A stretch of 54,919 nt of DNA from an uncultured bacterium (GTDB lineage: Bacteria > Edwardsbacteria > AC1 > EtOH8). Made by a program: the position numbers and the translations under genes. A model generated the notes under the pieces. The model had not been told where the DNA came from and ran no database searches. It saw nothing but the letters and a program-made list of their open reading frames with translations. Below are positions 51,199 through 54,919 of the stretch, one piece after another. The stretch is from contig CAWAAX010000010.1 of the NCBI GenBank assembly GCA_963780225.1, positions 1-54,919 on the forward strand, written 5' to 3'. How positions within the stretch are numbered: position 1 is the stretch's first letter; each line of letters starts with the position of its first letter.

Positions 51199-52017
51199 CT
51201 ACCGCTGGCACTTCGGGCACCAGTACGTCCCCCGGCCCCGGAACATTTCCTTGACTATCTTATGACCGCACTTCTTGCATTTTAAGCCTTCCTTGCCGTA
51301 GACCCGGTGCTTCACCTGGAACCAGCCGCTTTTTCCCTGGCCGTCCCGGTAGGTGTCCACCGAGCTGCCCCGGGCGGCGATGGCTTCCTTAAGTGTCCTG
51401 ACTATGGCGGAGTGCAGTTTCTTTATCTGATCGTCCTTCAGCAGGGCGGCCGAGCGCTGGGGCGCTATCCCCGCCCGGTGCAATGCTTCCAGCACGTAGA
51501 TGTTCCCCAGACCGGCCAGCACCGTCTGGTCCAGCAGCACCGTCTTGACCGGCCCCTTGCGCCCGGTCAGTCTTTGCTTCAAGACCGCCGGAGTGAATTT
51601 GCCGTCCAACGGTTCCGGCCCCAGTTTCTTGATCTCCGGCAGTTCATTTGGGTCATCGGTCAGCTTGATGGAACCGAATTTGCGCTGGTCGGAAAAGACC
51701 AGCCTGGTGCCGTCTTCAAAATAAAAGATGATCCTGGCCGATCTGGGCAAAGGATCATCTTTTTGCTGGTGCTGCAGCACCCCGGTCATTTTAAGATGAA
51801 TGACCAGGGTCAGGCCCGGATCCAATGATAATAAAAGGTATTTGGCCCGCCGGCTTACTTTAACAATTTTTGCCCCTTGGATGATCTTAGCAAATTTATT
51901 AAAACCGATCCCTTTGACTGATCCGGAGAACGGGCCTCCGGTCTGGCCAATTATCCGTCCGGATAGCAGGCGGTTCAGATCTCGTCTGACAGTCTCTACT
52001 TCAGGCAGTTCTGGCAT
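51199..52017 (-). CDS. mutM: Formamidopyrimidine-DNA glycosylase
   Basis: MPELPEVE, HLKMTG, GLGNIY, C-terminal zinc finger. Confidence 0.97.
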   Translation of the reverse strand: MPELPEVETVRRDLNRLLSGRIIGQTGGPFSGSVKGIGFNKFAKIIQGAKIVKVSRRAKYLLLSLDPGLTLVIHLKMTGVLQHQQKDDPLPRSARIIFYFEDGTRLVFSDQRKFGSIKLTDDPNELPEIKKLGPEPLDGKFTPAVLKQRLTGRKGPVKTVLLDQTVLAGLGNIYVLEALHRAGIAPQRSAALLKDDQIKKLHSAIVRTLKEAIAARGSSVDTYRDGQGKSGWFQVKHRVYGKEGLKCKKCGHKIVKEMFRGRGTYWCPKCQR

Positions 52018-52032
52018 TGGCAGTTGATCCTT

Positions 52033-53172
52033 TTAACCCTTGAGCTTTTTCATTTCCAGTTCCAAAGCCTCCAGCTCGGCCATCAGGTCGGAGTTGTCGT
52101 CCGGCGGTGCCTCCTTGACTTGGGGAATCTCCAGCACTGCCTCTGGCTGGATCCTGGCTGGAATGTCCATGTCCGATGACGGCATTTCGATCCTGACCTC
52201 CGGCATCGGATGGATCTCCGGTTCGGGTTGGATCATAGGTGCTGGCTGTGCCATTGAATGGGGCAGGCTAAGCTCGGATGGATCCGGGGCTAACCCAACC
52301 GGCCCTGGTATGCGGATCTCGGAAGCCGCAGCCTGATAAACATCCTGTTCGGTCTTGCTTTTAAGATCGGCGTATTCCTGGATCATGGCGCTGTGGCGCT
52401 CCCTAAGCGAGGCCACCTGCTGTTCCATCTCCTGATTGGCCTTCAAAAGGTCATCATTGCGCGACCTGAGGTCGTTGAGTATCTTCTCCCACTTTTGGCG
52501 CTGTTCCTGGAACTTGGTCTGCAGGTCCTTGACCTGAGCGGCCAGCTCGTTCTTGGTTTGAATCACCGCTTGCTGGAGTTCGGCCTGGTGCTGGGCCTTT
52601 AAACTTTCCATCTGCTGCTGCATTCCGGCTACGGCCTCGGCCACTGCGCCTTCTATTTGAGCCCCTATCATGCTGGGATCCATCATTGGCATGCCCTGAG
52701 GCTCGGATGAAGGCTGGAAGGTAGGAACTGGCGGAATCCTTGGCGCAACAGGTTGAGGCCTGAAGGCCTGGGGCGGAGCCGGAGGCGCCGGCATGGGCCG
52801 GGGCGGCGGGGCAAAGGACGGCATCTCCACCCGGGGGGCAGCCGGTGGCATCGGCGCGGGAGCAGTCTGCTGATAGGCCGACTGGGGCTGAGCTGGCCGG
52901 ATCGGAGCAGCGGCAACTGGTGCCGATGGCGGGGTATAAGCGCCAAACGGCTGGGGCTGTTCCTCGCTTACTATCCGCCCGAAGATATCGTCTATCTCGC
53001 CGTCAACATCGCCCAGCACCCCGCCACCCTGCGGTTTGGGCTTAGCGCCCTGAGGAGCAGGAGCTCCCGGAGCTGCTGGCCGGGCCGGAGCCGGACCGCC
53101 GGCGGGTTTGGCCAGGTTGCTTAGCCAGGAGTTAAACGCGCCGGTATCCTGTTTTTCCTGTGGAGGTACCAT
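52033..53172 (-). CDS. Pro/Ala-rich disordered protein with central coiled coil
   Basis: 379-aa ORF; low-complexity ends and heptad-rich middle. Confidence 0.7.
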   Translation of the reverse strand: MVPPQEKQDTGAFNSWLSNLAKPAGGPAPARPAAPGAPAPQGAKPKPQGGGVLGDVDGEIDDIFGRIVSEEQPQPFGAYTPPSAPVAAAPIRPAQPQSAYQQTAPAPMPPAAPRVEMPSFAPPPRPMPAPPAPPQAFRPQPVAPRIPPVPTFQPSSEPQGMPMMDPSMIGAQIEGAVAEAVAGMQQQMESLKAQHQAELQQAVIQTKNELAAQVKDLQTKFQEQRQKWEKILNDLRSRNDDLLKANQEMEQQVASLRERHSAMIQEYADLKSKTEQDVYQAAASEIRIPGPVGLAPDPSELSLPHSMAQPAPMIQPEPEIHPMPEVRIEMPSSDMDIPARIQPEAVLEIPQVKEAPPDDNSDLMAELEALELEMKKLKG

Positions 53173-53234
53173 ATATCAGACCTTTCAAAGTTTACGAACT
53201 ATTGCCGGTTAAGACATTGGGAAAATACAGATGG

Positions 53235-54905
53235 TTATTGTTGCTTCACAAAATCGATGTCCTTGATCTCACCTTGCTCAAGTTTAAAGCCAGTTATAGC
53301 CTTCTTTTTGTTGGTGTAAAACTTAAGATTTGTGTCCCACTCAACGATGTTAAAAATGTTTTGGATCAGAACCTTAAGCTCTGCTATTCGCCTGTCTCTT
53401 AGGAAAAGGACCAAATTACCTGATTCCACCTTCATTTTGTAAACAACATCCAGTTCCTGGCTGTAATAATTTCCGGCAAATTGATTCAGGTCTTTCAAAG
53501 TGTAGACCACGGGTTCATAACTTTTCAACACGGAGGTGCAGGTCCCGTTCTGAAGGATGCTTACGGTTTTGGGCTGGCTCTGAAGATCAAAGACCAGCTT
53601 GACCTCTATGGGCTGTCCTTCCATAAATAGCTCGTTTTTGCCGATCGGTATGAGCTTTGATTCGCTTTGTTCGGCCCGCCAATAAAACAGGCTGCCGTCT
53701 TTAAGATATATCTTCCTGTTCAGGTTGCCGGCATCGCTCCAATAATGACCGCAGAACTTCTCCAGTTCCGGTGTTGTCAGTTTTACCGGCAGGGGCTCAT
53801 TGTTTGGGACGGACGGCATTCCGGAGGCAGGCGCTACGTCTTCTATCAGTTTGTCTTTTAAGACGATATCAGCAATTTGATCGGTCGCCATGTATACTGT
53901 ACCGTTAAAAGCGGCATTACTTAGGATGATCAGGCTTACTTTCTGATCGGGATAACGGTTGTACGCAGCAGAAAAACCATAACATCCGCCGGAGTGGCCA
54001 ATGACCCGCATATTTTTATAATTTGAGAAGAACAATCCATAGCCATAATCAATTTTTTCATTATTGTTTAAATGGCCCTGGGTTTGCATCAGATCCGTAA
54101 GTCCCTTTCCGCCCACCTTGCCGGAATAAAAATTGTCATCCCATAGAAGCAGATCATTTATCGTTGTCAAAACCCCTTTGGCGCCAATATCGTTGCTGTT
54201 ATGGTCGGCTTTAGAATAGATCGTTTCGCCGGCCTCGATATATCCGGGAACCCGGTTCTGGACAACTTGCCGGCAGTCCTCATCAATGCTCGAATTCATC
54301 ATGTTCAAAGGGCTGAAGATGTTTTCTTTGACATATTCGGAATATTTCTTTTTGCTTACCCTGGAGATGATCTCGGCCAGCAAAAGGTATCCGGAATTGG
54401 AGTAGGAATGCTTCTCCCCCGGTTTAAAGTTCAACTGCTTCTGCCTGCAAACCAATTTCACCGCGTCTTCCATGGAAAGGTAATTATCGTTGGTCATGCC
54501 GCAGGCCAGGCCAAAATACAGGGCCACATTATCCCTCAGGCCGCTGGTATGATGAAGCAAATGCCGGATGGTGATGACATTGCCGTAATCCGGCAATTCC
54601 GGGATGTATTTCCGGACATCATCATCCAGGTTTATCTTGCCTTCCAATTGTAGCAGAGCTATGCAGGCCGCCGTGAACTGTTTTGAGGTTGAGCCCAGTT
54701 CAAACCTGCTGTCAGCCGTGATCGGAACGGCATGTTCCAGGTCAGCCATCCCGAAGCTTTTTTTGTAGATGAATCGTCCGTTCTGGATTACGCCGACCGC
54801 ACAGCCGGGTGTGTTATTGTGATCAAACTTTGAGAAAAGGGCATCGATCTGCTTTTCCTGCTCTTTGGTAAGCGGGTTGCCGGCCTGAGCGGTTTCGCTG
54901 GGCAT
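53235..54905 (-). CDS. Serine hydrolase, beta-lactamase class C/PBP family (probably 5'-partial)
   Basis: GSTSKQF (SxxK), LLHHTSG, YSN, HSGG; frame is open to the window edge. Confidence 0.88.
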   Translation of the reverse strand: MPSETAQAGNPLTKEQEKQIDALFSKFDHNNTPGCAVGVIQNGRFIYKKSFGMADLEHAVPITADSRFELGSTSKQFTAACIALLQLEGKINLDDDVRKYIPELPDYGNVITIRHLLHHTSGLRDNVALYFGLACGMTNDNYLSMEDAVKLVCRQKQLNFKPGEKHSYSNSGYLLLAEIISRVSKKKYSEYVKENIFSPLNMMNSSIDEDCRQVVQNRVPGYIEAGETIYSKADHNSNDIGAKGVLTTINDLLLWDDNFYSGKVGGKGLTDLMQTQGHLNNNEKIDYGYGLFFSNYKNMRVIGHSGGCYGFSAAYNRYPDQKVSLIILSNAAFNGTVYMATDQIADIVLKDKLIEDVAPASGMPSVPNNEPLPVKLTTPELEKFCGHYWSDAGNLNRKIYLKDGSLFYWRAEQSESKLIPIGKNELFMEGQPIEVKLVFDLQSQPKTVSILQNGTCTSVLKSYEPVVYTLKDLNQFAGNYYSQELDVVYKMKVESGNLVLFLRDRRIAELKVLIQNIFNIVEWDTNLKFYTNKKKAITGFKLEQGEIKDIDFVKQQ

Positions 54906-54919
54906 GCTCTGCTTCCCCT

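Overview
A GC-rich bacterial chromosomal segment, probably from a diderm anaerobe (outer-membrane barrels, lipoproteins, ferredoxin, tungstate uptake). Essentially every real gene lies on the minus strand. It carries umuDC, a lysine/DAP cluster (dapF, dapB, dapL, lysC, asd; no dapA seen) interrupted by guaB and accessory genes, argF, a membrane PPase, exonuclease-DinG, thiC and rpmE. It also has a Moco/Tuco-type riboswitch heading pruA-tupA-tupA'-porin-tupB-tupC-moeA-mobB, plus peroxiredoxin, SDR, pdp, LysO, tldD/pmbA, trpS, larE/B/C and mutM. No rRNA, tRNA, CRISPR array, integrase or transposase was recognised. Most notable: (1) three accessory inserts are each bracketed by a diverged second copy of the 3' end of the upstream gene, and larE has a similarly diverged internal duplication; (2) several families of short hairpin and 7-/9-bp-period repeats nest inside one another and also sit inside dapF, moeA and asd; (3) the riboswitch-led tungstate locus has an atypical first gene, a divergent second binding protein and a porin. 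Three genes (asd, trpS, larE) are disrupted, so assembly error is an alternative explanation throughout. All family assignments come from motif recognition by eye, not from database searches.
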